The position numbers were made by a program, and so were the translations under genes. 64,000 bases of DNA, from contig CAYPRX010000013.1 of assembly GCA_964413265.1 (NCBI GenBank), forward strand, positions 27,400-91,399. The letters are read 5' to 3'. How positions within the stretch are numbered: the first letter of the stretch is position 1; each line of letters opens with the position of its first letter. The notes under the pieces are model-generated. The model saw nothing but the letters and a program-made list of their open reading frames with translations. It ran no database searches and was not told the origin of the DNA. This document shows positions 26,176 to 35,924 of this stretch, one piece after another. Source of the stretch: an uncultured Brevinematales bacterium (GTDB lineage Bacteria; Spirochaetota; Brevinematia; Brevinematales; JAOACQ01).

Positions 26176-27589
26176 TTATGATATTATTGTTATAGGAGCA
26201 GGCGCTGCCGGTATTTCAGCAGCTAAAACTGCAGCGGGTCTTGGAAGAAAAACGGCGATTGTGGAAAAAAACAGGCTCGGCGGAGAATGTACCTGGAGCG
26301 GATGCATTCCCAGCAAGGCTTTTATTCATTTTGCAGGGCAATATTATAAGGCAGACGCTGCGGATCGGGGAAAGGCCGGAGAAGAGGCGATGAGCTTTGT
26401 CCGTAAGATTATAGAAAGAGTCTATTCAGATGAAAAACCGGGAAACCTTGAAAAAGATGGTATAGCAGTAATTATGGGGGAGGCGTCTTTCACTGGAAGA
26501 AATTCCATAATTGTCAATAATAAAGGATTGAGTGCCGGAAAATTCATTGTGGCATCCGGCTCAAGACCCCTGATACCACCTATAAATGGAATAGAAAAAG
26601 TAAAATATTTCACCAATGAAAATATATTTGAAATAAAATCTCTTCCGGATTCTCTTATAATACTTGGAGGAGGAGCGGTTGGAATCGAGCTTGCCCAGGC
26701 GTTCAGCCGGCTCGGTACTAGGGTTACTGTAGTAGAAGCTTTTGACAGGATCCTGATGAGAGAGGACAGGGAAATGTCAGATATAATATCAAAGCGGATA
26801 GTTTCAGAGGGTATAGAACTCCTTACAGGGTCAAAAGCTGTGAGGGCGGAAAATTCCGAGAGAAACATTGGTGTAAAACTGACAATAGAAAGTCAGCCTG
26901 GAGAGACAAGAATGATCAAAGCTTCAGCCCTCCTTGTGGCTGCTGGAAGAGTTCCTGTAACAGACGGTTTAGGACTTGATGAGGCAGGAATAAGATTTTC
27001 GAAGGATGGCATCATGGTAAACCACTTTCTTCAAACTAATATTCCAGGCATATACGCTTGCGGGGATATAGTCGGTCCCTATTTTTTCAGTCATGTTGCA
27101 GGATACCAGGGCATTACGGCAGGTATTAATGCATCTATTCCATTTAAGAGGAGGATGAACCTGAAGGATATCTTATGGACTACATATTCGGACCCGGAAC
27201 TCGCCCATCTCGGCCTTACAGAAGAAGAGGCGCATCAGAAATATAAAAAAGGCTTTAGAATTTACAGGGTGCCGTACTCAAATTTGGACAGGGCGAAAAC
27301 AGAGGACAGTGAAGAGGGCCTTGCAAAGTATATCGTAGACAGAAGTGGCCGCATCATAGGGGCACATATTGCAGGAAAGATAGCCGGCGAATTGATACAT
27401 GAAGCACAGGTAGTTCGCTTTTTTAGAAAACCGCTGAAAAATCTGCAATTTGTCATGCATGCTTACCCTTCATATTCTGACATAATAAGACAGGCTGCAA
27501 GGGATGCATATATCGATGGAATACTCAGAAATCCGCTGGTCAGGCTGGCAAGAAGGATAACTGGAAAGGGGAGGGGTAACAGTCAATGA
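26162..27589 (+). CDS. Flavoprotein pyridine nucleotide-disulfide oxidoreductase (Lpd/MerA-like class I)
   Basis: 475 aa with YDIIVIGAGAAGISAA, the redox CxxxxC in GGECTWSGCIPSK, a second Rossmann fold LIILGGGAVGIELA, and the dimerisation-domain motif HAYPSYSD. Confidence 0.85.
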   Translation: MPGFDYDIIVIGAGAAGISAAKTAAGLGRKTAIVEKNRLGGECTWSGCIPSKAFIHFAGQYYKADAADRGKAGEEAMSFVRKIIERVYSDEKPGNLEKDGIAVIMGEASFTGRNSIIVNNKGLSAGKFIVASGSRPLIPPINGIEKVKYFTNENIFEIKSLPDSLIILGGGAVGIELAQAFSRLGTRVTVVEAFDRILMREDREMSDIISKRIVSEGIELLTGSKAVRAENSERNIGVKLTIESQPGETRMIKASALLVAAGRVPVTDGLGLDEAGIRFSKDGIMVNHFLQTNIPGIYACGDIVGPYFFSHVAGYQGITAGINASIPFKRRMNLKDILWTTYSDPELAHLGLTEEEAHQKYKKGFRIYRVPYSNLDRAKTEDSEEGLAKYIVDRSGRIIGAHIAGKIAGELIHEAQVVRFFRKPLKNLQFVMHAYPSYSDIIRQAARDAYIDGILRNPLVRLARRITGKGRGNSQ

Positions 27590-28269
27590 AACAATGGCTA
27601 AAACCTGCCATTTTTATATTACTGATCTCCGTTTTGGTCATAATCTTAAGTCTTACGGGGGCGGCAAAATTACTGACATTTCGAAACCTTGAGATCTACA
27701 GAGACACCGTAAAAAATTTCGTCACGGAAAATTACTCTATTTCTGTTCTGATATTCATTGCTGTTTACATAATCGTTACGGCAGTTTCTATCCCGGGTGC
27801 AACTGTATTGACTATTGCGGGAGGTTTTTTATTCGGTACACTGACCGGGGCTCTTTTCGTCAATGCAGGAGCCTCGATAGGCGCATCCTGCGCTTTTTTA
27901 GTCTCGCGTTATTTCATCGGCAGCGTGGTGCAGGAGAAATATGCTGAAAACCTGAAGAGTTTCAATTCAGAGATAAAGGTGAATGGTGTGAACTATTTGC
28001 TTCTGCTGCGGTTTATTCCAGTTTTTCCTTTTTTCCTCATCAACATTCTTGCTGGCATGACAAAAATCGGATTTTTAAATTTTTTATGGACGACTTCCGT
28101 CGGGATCATCCCTGGATCCATAATTTACGCTTATGCGGGTAGCAATCTGGGAGAATTAAAATCGGCTGAAGGAATACTCTCATGGCCCATCATATCGGCC
28201 TTTCTTCTGCTCGCGCTCTTTTCCATAGTACCGGTTTTAATAAGAAAGCTTCTGCCTGCACGCCGCTGA
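27586..28269 (+). CDS. TVP38/TMEM64 (DedA superfamily, SNARE-associated) membrane protein
   Basis: 227 aa with five or six TM segments. Motifs are PGATVLTIAGGFLFG and RFIPVFPFFLINILAGMT. A 4-nt overlap links it to the oxidoreductase gene. Confidence 0.8.
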   Translation: MKQWLKPAIFILLISVLVIILSLTGAAKLLTFRNLEIYRDTVKNFVTENYSISVLIFIAVYIIVTAVSIPGATVLTIAGGFLFGTLTGALFVNAGASIGASCAFLVSRYFIGSVVQEKYAENLKSFNSEIKVNGVNYLLLLRFIPVFPFFLINILAGMTKIGFLNFLWTTSVGIIPGSIIYAYAGSNLGELKSAEGILSWPIISAFLLLALFSIVPVLIRKLLPARR

Positions 28270-28428
28270 TAATAGTAGTTCAGAACCTTACAAAATGACC
28301 CAGCCAGAAGATAAAGAGGATCATAACGATATGCAGGATCCACCAGCCTGGTTTGAAAAGCAATATATTACCCATTTTTTCCTCTTGAGATATCCTAATA
28401 TATATCTGGATTATAGTCCAATAATTTT

Positions 28429-28950
28429 TTAAATTTTTGTCAGGAGGGTGGAATAATCATTTTCAATTTTCATTATATCGAGCATTGCCGAGATAGCTCC
28501 CCGGTGATGGGTTTCATGATTAAACATCTGCATTAGTGTTTTCCAAAGCTCCTTCTCGGTCTGTTCACCCCTGAAGTTTTTGTATTGAAATACAGAGTTC
28601 AAATTTTTATCGCTTAATTCATCAATAAAACGTAATACAGTTTCATCCATCTCTTTCCTGTAACGGAAGAGGTCTCCCCTGCTTATAATCCCGGGGTTTT
28701 TCAGCGATTTTTCATCGATAGATAAAAATCCGGCGTTGTTAAATGATTTAATGCCTGAGAAAGAGTTCTTATAGCGTTTTACCCAGTTCAGGTCGGATGA
28801 AAAAATATGAATGAGGGTACCGAAAATCGATGAATAATATGCTCCTGTTTTCTGATGCAGCTTTTCATCCGGCATTTTTTCAAGGATTGATATTAGTTCT
28901 TCATTTACTTTTTTATTGTATGCCGCAAATGAAGCAAATATCTTTTTCAT
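28429..28950 (-). CDS. DinB-family (four-helix bundle metalloenzyme-like) protein
   Basis: 173 aa with His-triad elements HIFSSDLNW and HETHHRG typical of the DinB/YfiT-like family. Confidence 0.65.
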   Translation of the reverse strand: MKKIFASFAAYNKKVNEELISILEKMPDEKLHQKTGAYYSSIFGTLIHIFSSDLNWVKRYKNSFSGIKSFNNAGFLSIDEKSLKNPGIISRGDLFRYRKEMDETVLRFIDELSDKNLNSVFQYKNFRGEQTEKELWKTLMQMFNHETHHRGAISAMLDIMKIENDYSTLLTKI

Positions 28951-29095
28951 AAAGCCCTCCCCTTTGATTTTTTTTAATTATAATAAAATCCATTGAGAAA
29001 AGCAATTGGCGGGCTGACTGAATTTTTAATTTCGGTTTTGCCTTTACCGATAAGAGTTACATAAGGGAAGGCATCTGCCTCGATGGCATAACGGG

Positions 29096-29116
29096 TGCTG
29101 AAGCTTCAGCATTTTT
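29096..29116 (+). terminator. Terminator-like perfect palindrome followed by a T-run inside the long leader of the TonB-receptor gene
   Basis: tgctgaagcttcagca (29096-29111) is a perfect 16-nt palindrome followed by TTTTT (29112-29116). There is no T-run on the opposite strand. Confidence 0.35.
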
Positions 29117-29341
29117 ATTAAAAAATGGCCGCATCTATTGCTCTTATATGAGTTTGATATTATTTTTTAAACTGGATTATCTTCAGTACGTTTATTTCAA
29201 GACATGCCCGCTTTACCGGCATATATGGATCGAGGTGTTTTTCACCCTAGGTAGTCAGCAGTTATGTGTCAGACGGGTGAATTGAAACAGGCGTGGTTTT
29301 TGCAGTCCTCAGTCAGGCCTTAATAATATACAAAGAGAATT

Positions 29342-31705
29342 TTGATGAGAAAAATTTTATTGATTTTACTGGCACTGCCTGCGACTGTATTCTGCCATCA
29401 AATCAAGGGGAAGATATTGAGGTATGATACACGCTCAGAAATTCCCTTTGCCGCTGTCATTCTCAGTTCAGGAACAAATGTTTTAAAAAGCGTCCAGACC
29501 TCTGATAATGGTTCTTTTACAATTGAAACTGTCGACGGTATTTATTCTCTTACGGCAAGAGCTGCGGGATTTTACCAGGAATCAAAAGATATAACTGTAA
29601 AATCGGATGTTTACATAAATTTTTATCTGATAGCTCAAAGTACTCTTTATCTTTCGGAAGTAGTAGTTGAGGGAGAAAAATTAAAAGATACGGAATCCGG
29701 AAATATCATATCGAAAGAAATGCGTGATAAGGCGCCAGAATCAATTACAGGAGACCCTCTGCACTCAATGACCCTGATGCCCGGTGTAGAAGATCTGGGT
29801 GCCGGGGATTTTTCACAGAATACCAAACTTTCAGTCAGGGGCGGTACAGGCAATGAGAATGTTGCACTGCTTGATGAAGCTCTCGTACAAAATCCTTACC
29901 ACCATTTTATCGGCGATTCTGTTTTTATTGACGACATAGTTGACAATGTTGATCTTTACAAGGGTGTTCTTCCAGCCCAGTATGGACAGGCAACTTCAAG
30001 CCTCCTTCAGGTCAATACTATTGAGGGTGAACCGGGTTTCCATGGTAAGGTCAACTTAGGACTGATAAACACATTTGTGACCTTGTCCGGGGCTTCAGAA
30101 GACCAGAAGTGGAACTTTGCCGGAGGCGTAAGGAGGACACAGTACGATCTTATCCTGCCCCTGTTTGCCCAGGGAGGAGAGAATTTTCATGCCCCTTATT
30201 ACCTTGATTCTCATGGAAGGGTCCAGTATAAGGACGGCGGTGATACTATTTCTTTTGACTGGCTTTATTCTGAGGAACCAATGTCATACACTAATATGTC
30301 GATTTCGGGAAACAGCCTCACGAATATCTCATTTATAGGCAACGGTACCCCTAATTCAGGATTGGAGGATTATGCCGGGACAGTGCTGAACCTGGACTGG
30401 AAACACTCTTATTCAAAAGAATGGTCTATCGATCAGTCTCTGGGTGGAATGTGGAGCTATGAGGATCTGGAAATGGAAGAATCGGACAACTCATCACTCC
30501 TGAGGGATTCTTCTTATGACCTTAGATACAAGGGATTCGCTGTTTATTCGCCTTCAGAAGACATTTCATTTGATGCCGGCGGAGAGATAATTTATTATCC
30601 CAGCCTTTTATACACCAATTATGTGAACAGCCTGGTTACAAACCAGATTACAGGTCAGCCGAACTGGGTAGTTTTTGAGAACAGTTCGTACCAGGGGACT
30701 CTCGGAATATACTCGGCTTTTATTGAAAATGATTCTGATTTGTTCGATAAGTATGTTTATATAGAGGATGGCCTGAGGCTGAATTATGTCGATTATATAA
30801 ATAAATACTCTCTTGATCCCCGCCTGACGGTGGGATACAGGATAACTCCCGGAGATAAAGTTTACGTTTGTGTCGGATACCTTTCGGAATTCCCTACGGA
30901 CGCCTTCGATCTAGCATTTCTGGATACTAACGCGAATCTTAACATTCCCGGCTGCTGGCATTACATAGTCGGAACAGGGCTGGAATTTAACAGGGTTTAC
31001 GAATTAACCATCGAGGGATATTTTAAAAATTATGAAAATTACATCTCTCAGGAGTCGAATATAGAATATCTACTTCAGACCACGGGAGAACAGCGGCAGA
31101 TCTACGGGGTTGACATTCTCCTCACAAAGAAAAGAGATAATTTCCCTCTGTACGGATGGCTCTCATTAAGCAGTTATCTTGTGCGCGGTTACCGTACTTC
31201 GGGTTTTGATCCAAATTCTCTTTATGACATTAACCCTGGATTCCTGACAGGCGGTCCGGCGGTAACAGTTGCTGGCCAGTATCCTCTTCCACCCCTTTAT
31301 GAGTGGTTCGATCCCGGATCGCTTCTCTACAAGATGGACCTTGTCGTTATATGGGAGGTAAGTAAAAATTGGTCCCTGACAGCCGAGTTCCAGTGGCAAT
31401 CGGGAAACCAGTACACTCCACTTCAGTCTGTAATAACTAACAATACCGGCTCAAACATCATATATACACCGGTATGGAGCGTATACAATTCGGCATGGCT
31501 TCCCGATATACATTCCGTGAATCTGAAGCTTGAATATACAGGTATAATATGGGGTCTTCCAGGCGGGATCTATATTCAGGTTGACAATGTCTATAATTAC
31601 AGGCCGGCAACTTCAGTAAGTTATAATAACAACTATAGTACCGAAGTTATGCAGCAAAGCCCGATCGGAATTTATCCGGAACTCGGTGTCTGGATAAAAT
31701 GGTGA
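29342..31705 (+). CDS. TonB-dependent outer-membrane receptor-like protein with an N-terminal carboxypeptidase-regulatory-like domain
   Basis: 787 aa with a signal peptide. It has a CarboxypepD_reg-like beta-sandwich (IKGKILRYDT...GSFTIE...), a plug-like region (GDPLHSMTLMPGV, LSVRGG), a long Y/G/N-rich beta-barrel and a terminal aromatic residue (IKW). The likely start is ATG 29345. Confidence 0.7.
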   Translation: MMRKILLILLALPATVFCHQIKGKILRYDTRSEIPFAAVILSSGTNVLKSVQTSDNGSFTIETVDGIYSLTARAAGFYQESKDITVKSDVYINFYLIAQSTLYLSEVVVEGEKLKDTESGNIISKEMRDKAPESITGDPLHSMTLMPGVEDLGAGDFSQNTKLSVRGGTGNENVALLDEALVQNPYHHFIGDSVFIDDIVDNVDLYKGVLPAQYGQATSSLLQVNTIEGEPGFHGKVNLGLINTFVTLSGASEDQKWNFAGGVRRTQYDLILPLFAQGGENFHAPYYLDSHGRVQYKDGGDTISFDWLYSEEPMSYTNMSISGNSLTNISFIGNGTPNSGLEDYAGTVLNLDWKHSYSKEWSIDQSLGGMWSYEDLEMEESDNSSLLRDSSYDLRYKGFAVYSPSEDISFDAGGEIIYYPSLLYTNYVNSLVTNQITGQPNWVVFENSSYQGTLGIYSAFIENDSDLFDKYVYIEDGLRLNYVDYINKYSLDPRLTVGYRITPGDKVYVCVGYLSEFPTDAFDLAFLDTNANLNIPGCWHYIVGTGLEFNRVYELTIEGYFKNYENYISQESNIEYLLQTTGEQRQIYGVDILLTKKRDNFPLYGWLSLSSYLVRGYRTSGFDPNSLYDINPGFLTGGPAVTVAGQYPLPPLYEWFDPGSLLYKMDLVVIWEVSKNWSLTAEFQWQSGNQYTPLQSVITNNTGSNIIYTPVWSVYNSAWLPDIHSVNLKLEYTGIIWGLPGGIYIQVDNVYNYRPATSVSYNNNYSTEVMQQSPIGIYPELGVWIKW

Positions 31706-31781
31706 CTGCTGCCAGGCCATTCAATTTGACATTTTTAAAGAAACCCCTTTTAATAATGCAAACTGGTGCGGAAGGGCTGGT

Positions 31782-32414
31782 ATGAAATATTCCGGATTAA
31801 GAAAAGAGATCGTTAAATTTTCAGGTCTGATATATGAAAGGAATTATGTGAGCGCCCTTGAAGGAAATGTAAGCGTTAAAATTTCAGGGGACTGTTTTCT
31901 TATTACACCGGCAAAGGTTCTTAAGAAAAACTTGAAGCCCGAGGATATAGTTCTGATAGATGGCGAAGGGATGAAAATAAATGGCGCTTATGAAGCTTCC
32001 TCGGAATCAAGGAGCCATATTGAGATTTACAGAAATAATCCAGGAGTGAATGCGATAATCCACGCTCACCCTTTTTATACTATCCTGTGCACAGTAATTG
32101 GATTAAACCCCTTTGAGAAACCCTGCCTGCCTGAAGTCCCCTCATTCCTGAAAAACCCTATATTAGCGCCTTACGCAAGGCCTTCGTCACCTGAGAGTGC
32201 TTCTACAGCAGGGATTTATTCACGGGAAACACGGGTACTGGTAATAGACAGGCATGGCAGTTTCACATATGGCAAAGATCTCTTTGAGGCCTTTTACCTT
32301 CTTGAACTCCTTGAAAAGAACTGCCGTTTGTTTTATTACGCAAGCTTATCTGGAAGAAAAATCAGCTTTCTTGATGAATCGGAGGCGGTGGAGTTAAAAG
32401 ATAGCCTGAAATAA
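31782..32414 (+). CDS. Class II aldolase/adducin-family protein
   Basis: 210 aa with NVSVK, SSESRSHIEIYR and AIIHAHPFYT metal-binding His motifs. Confidence 0.75.
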   Translation: MKYSGLRKEIVKFSGLIYERNYVSALEGNVSVKISGDCFLITPAKVLKKNLKPEDIVLIDGEGMKINGAYEASSESRSHIEIYRNNPGVNAIIHAHPFYTILCTVIGLNPFEKPCLPEVPSFLKNPILAPYARPSSPESASTAGIYSRETRVLVIDRHGSFTYGKDLFEAFYLLELLEKNCRLFYYASLSGRKISFLDESEAVELKDSLK

Positions 32415-32491
32415 GCCTCTACGTCTTAATTATTTGAATTTATATATTATTCAGTTAAAATAATAGACTATAATTTATTACGAAGGAATAA

Positions 32492-34630
32492 GTGATGGCT
32501 AATAATTCTGAAAACAAAGGCAAAACAGTAATGAGGGAAAAACTGAAGAAACTTGTGATTGTAGAATCGCCTTCCAAAGCTTCAACCATAAAAAAATACC
32601 TCGGCAGGGATTACGATGTTAAAGCTTCCGTGGGACATATCATAGATCTTCCGAGGTCAAGAATGGGCGTAAACCTTGACACTTTTGAACCTGATTACAT
32701 CATAATACGTGACAAATATAAAATTTTAAAGGAATTAAGGGAATCAGCCAGATCAGCAAGCGAGGTTATCCTCGCTTCCGACCCTGACAGAGAGGGTGAG
32801 GCTATAGCCTGGCACATAAAAAACGATTTCGAAAAGAATGTTCTGCCGAAAATTAAAGACAGGCAGGTACCTATAAAGAGAGTAAAATTTAACGAGATCA
32901 CTATTGAGGAGATTGAAGACAGAATCAAGCGTCCAGAAAACATTGACTCGAAACTTGTAGATTCACAGCAGGGAAGAAGGGTAATAGACCGTATTTTCGG
33001 CTATGAACTTTCTCCTCTCCTTTGGAAAAAGGTGAAATCAAAGCTTTCTGCCGGGAGAGTGCAGTCTGTAGCATTAAGATTGATCTGTGAAAGGGAGAGT
33101 GAAATAGAAAAATTCGTTAAGAGTGAATACTGGGATATAGATGTTGTTTACAAAAAGGATAAGGAAAAATTTAATGCCTCGCTGGTCAGGATAAACGGAA
33201 AAAAGGCTGAGATCAAAGACGAAGATACCGCGAAAAAGATAGAAAGAGAACTTCTGGAAAATGAGTCGGTAATTAAAGACATCAGGAAAAAAATGATCCT
33301 CCGTTCATCTTATCCGCCATTTATTACGAGTTCCCTCCAGCAGACGGCGAATAACCTTTTCGGTTTTACCTCGATGAAGACCATGCTGCTGGCACAGCAG
33401 TTATATGAGGGAATTGATATAGGTAAATCCAGGACAGGTCTGATAACTTATATGAGGACGGATTCGACAAGAATTTCACCTGTCGCGATAGCGCAGGTAA
33501 GAAAATATATTAAGGAGCAATTCGGGGACAATTATCTTCCTGAAAGACCGAATTATTTTTTAAATAAAAAGAGTTCCCAGGATGCGCATGAGGCAATAAG
33601 GCCCACGCATATATATAATCATCCTGAACGGATCAAGGAGTTTTTGAGTAATGACCAGTATAAACTTTATTCAATTATCTGGAAGAGATTCATGGCCAGT
33701 CAGATGAGCCCTTCCCGATCTGAACAGATTTCCGTGGAGATAGCTAACGGTAATAAAATACTGACCGCAGGCAGTATAAAGATCGTTTTTGACGGTTTTT
33801 TAAAAATCAGCGAGAGAATAACGAAGGAAAAGGAGCTTCCCCGTAATCTGGCTGTTAATGATCGTCTCATTATAGAGGAGATTAAAAGAGAGCAGAAATT
33901 TACAGAGCCGCCGCCGCGTTATTCTGAAGCCTCGATTGTTAAGGCCATGGAGGAATTGGGGATAGGCAGGCCGTCAACATATGCGCCTACAATATTTACT
34001 CTTACCAAGCGTTATTATATAAAAAAGGAGGGCAGGACCCTTATTCCTACAGTCCTTGGTTCGTCAGTCAACAAGCTCCTTGTCGATAACTTTCCAGAGC
34101 TTATTAATACTAGTTTTACCGCTGAAATGGAAGAAGAGCTGGACGATGTCGAGGATGGAAAAAAGTTATGGAAAAGCGTCGTTGGAGATTTTTACAGAAC
34201 TTTCAGGCCGGTCCTTTCAAAGGCTTATGAGAACATAGACAGTATAAAGGGGTCTTTTGATGAAGAAACGGAATTCATCTGTGAAAAATGCGGCAGAAAA
34301 ATGGTCAAGAAACTTGGAAAATTCGGTTTGTTCCTGGCCTGTTCAGGCTGGCCGGTATGTAAGAATGCCAAACCTCTGCCGCTTGGGAAATGTCCAAAAT
34401 GCGGGGTTGGTCATATTGTGCAGAAAAAGGGGAAGAGAAAAAGAACCTTTTACGGATGTACTAATTACCCGTCCTGCGACTTTACAAGTTACTTAAAACC
34501 TGCGGAGGCTGAAGGCAAAATTTTGTCATGCCCGGTATGCACAAGCTTACTGTTCAGTCAGAAGGAAAAAGGCAGGCAGAAAATCGTATGTTTAAAAGAA
34601 GGTTGTTCTTATGAAAGCAAATTCATATAA
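32492..34630 (+). CDS. topA: DNA topoisomerase I
   Basis: 712 aa with Toprim LVIVESPSKASTIKKYLG and DPDREGEAIAWH, the active-site Tyr in ITYMRTDSTR, and three C-terminal C4 zinc ribbons. The likely start is ATG 32495. Confidence 0.95.
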   Translation: MMANNSENKGKTVMREKLKKLVIVESPSKASTIKKYLGRDYDVKASVGHIIDLPRSRMGVNLDTFEPDYIIIRDKYKILKELRESARSASEVILASDPDREGEAIAWHIKNDFEKNVLPKIKDRQVPIKRVKFNEITIEEIEDRIKRPENIDSKLVDSQQGRRVIDRIFGYELSPLLWKKVKSKLSAGRVQSVALRLICERESEIEKFVKSEYWDIDVVYKKDKEKFNASLVRINGKKAEIKDEDTAKKIERELLENESVIKDIRKKMILRSSYPPFITSSLQQTANNLFGFTSMKTMLLAQQLYEGIDIGKSRTGLITYMRTDSTRISPVAIAQVRKYIKEQFGDNYLPERPNYFLNKKSSQDAHEAIRPTHIYNHPERIKEFLSNDQYKLYSIIWKRFMASQMSPSRSEQISVEIANGNKILTAGSIKIVFDGFLKISERITKEKELPRNLAVNDRLIIEEIKREQKFTEPPPRYSEASIVKAMEELGIGRPSTYAPTIFTLTKRYYIKKEGRTLIPTVLGSSVNKLLVDNFPELINTSFTAEMEEELDDVEDGKKLWKSVVGDFYRTFRPVLSKAYENIDSIKGSFDEETEFICEKCGRKMVKKLGKFGLFLACSGWPVCKNAKPLPLGKCPKCGVGHIVQKKGKRKRTFYGCTNYPSCDFTSYLKPAEAEGKILSCPVCTSLLFSQKEKGRQKIVCLKEGCSYESKFI

Positions 34631-35918
34631 ACCGATTCTGCTCTTTATATTAATTTTTAGTTTCAGCCGCATTTTTGCCCTTCAGGCAACAGTCAATTCC
34701 CTGGATGCGCGTATGGAAATAGAAGATTCTAAAAAAAGGGGAGGTTTTTTAGTCCTTCCGCCAGGTACGGTTGTTCAAATCGACAGATCCGCGGTTGGTT
34801 TTTTCCATATTATTTATAACGGTATTTCTGGCTGGATCAGAAAAGATCACCTTGCTGTTTATGATGGAGTACTTTCAGATTTACAGCCGAAACCTTTTCT
34901 GTCGAAAAAAATTATCAGGGAAAATGGTAAGGATTACCTGTTCCTGTTTAAAAAGGGGAAACTGATCAAATACAATATAACAGACAGGATCGAGGAGGTT
35001 TCGCAGAACGTCCCTGACTTTCAGGAGATTTATCCATCATCAAGGGGCAATCTTTTCCTGCTGAGGGGAGTGTCGACTAATAGAGCTATTCTGAATAATC
35101 TAGAGCTGTACGATTTTTTATCCGGGAAATCAGCTTATGTCGGCAGTTTCAGGGACAGTACTTTTGAAATATCTGATATCAAATTTTCCGAGGATGCGAA
35201 TTTTGTCGGTATACTTTTTATTATAAGCGGACATCACATAATTTGCATCTACAGGACTGATTCGGGAGCATTCTATACCTATTCCACGGATGCTTTACAA
35301 TTCAACTGGAAAAACAGCCTCCTTGTTTTAAATGATAACAGGTACTTCTGGGCCTATGATTTATCTTCGCCTCTCAAGGAACTGAAAGTGAATTTTAACA
35401 AAGACAACCTTTTAATAAAAATAAGACCGGAATGGGGCCTGGGAAATTATTTAAAATCCGTGGTCAGGGATGATTCGCTTTATATTGCTACCCGCCAGGG
35501 CATTGTAGCCTTTGATCTTAACCTTAAGACACTGCGAAAGACGCCGTTTAAGGGTTTGATTTTCAATAACGATATGAATTTGAATTATTATTTTGAAAAT
35601 GAAAGGGGACGTATGTACAATTTCAGGCTCCGCCATGACATCGGAATTTTCAGCGGTGCCCAGCCTGAAGCGGTTTTTGAAGCATTCACCGAATCCAATA
35701 TAATCGGAAGGGCAAAATACGAAAAGATAGATACTCTCTTTCTTTATTCGGATAATGGCGATGCCGTTTACCGCTACAAGGCTGTAGATAATCCCATGGC
35801 GTTCGGTGATACTGGTATCACTGCTGAAATCAATACGGAAAAGGACCTGACCATTCTGTCTATAGAAGACCCTGATAAAGGAGAATTTTTTTATATTTTC
35901 GACAGGGGAGGCAAATAA
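34611..35918 (+). CDS. Hypothetical secreted protein with an N-terminal SH3b-like domain
   Basis: 435 aa with a signal peptide and GTVVQIDRSAVGFFHIIYNGISGWIRKDHL (SH3b-like). The rest is unrecognised and beta-rich. It overlaps the topA 3' end by 20 nt. Confidence 0.5.
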   Translation: MKANSYKPILLFILIFSFSRIFALQATVNSLDARMEIEDSKKRGGFLVLPPGTVVQIDRSAVGFFHIIYNGISGWIRKDHLAVYDGVLSDLQPKPFLSKKIIRENGKDYLFLFKKGKLIKYNITDRIEEVSQNVPDFQEIYPSSRGNLFLLRGVSTNRAILNNLELYDFLSGKSAYVGSFRDSTFEISDIKFSEDANFVGILFIISGHHIICIYRTDSGAFYTYSTDALQFNWKNSLLVLNDNRYFWAYDLSSPLKELKVNFNKDNLLIKIRPEWGLGNYLKSVVRDDSLYIATRQGIVAFDLNLKTLRKTPFKGLIFNNDMNLNYYFENERGRMYNFRLRHDIGIFSGAQPEAVFEAFTESNIIGRAKYEKIDTLFLYSDNGDAVYRYKAVDNPMAFGDTGITAEINTEKDLTILSIEDPDKGEFFYIFDRGGK

Positions 35919-35924
35919 CACTAA

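Noticed and set aside
26162-27589. Calling the flavoprotein disulfide reductase a mercuric reductase (MerA), or suspecting selenocysteine recoding.
   Set aside because: It has no N-terminal heavy-metal-binding domain and no C-terminal Cys-Cys pair. There are no mer genes nearby and no in-frame TGA or GCUG-type C-terminus.
28951-29341. A cobalamin or TPP riboswitch upstream of the TonB-dependent receptor.
   Set aside because: Fragments resembling GGGAAGGC, GGTGAA and AGTCAGG occur, but in the wrong order and about 260 nt apart. No GCCACTG or CCCGC..ACTGT core is present, and no TPP CTGAGA or ACCTGA elements. I report it only as an unclassified leader.
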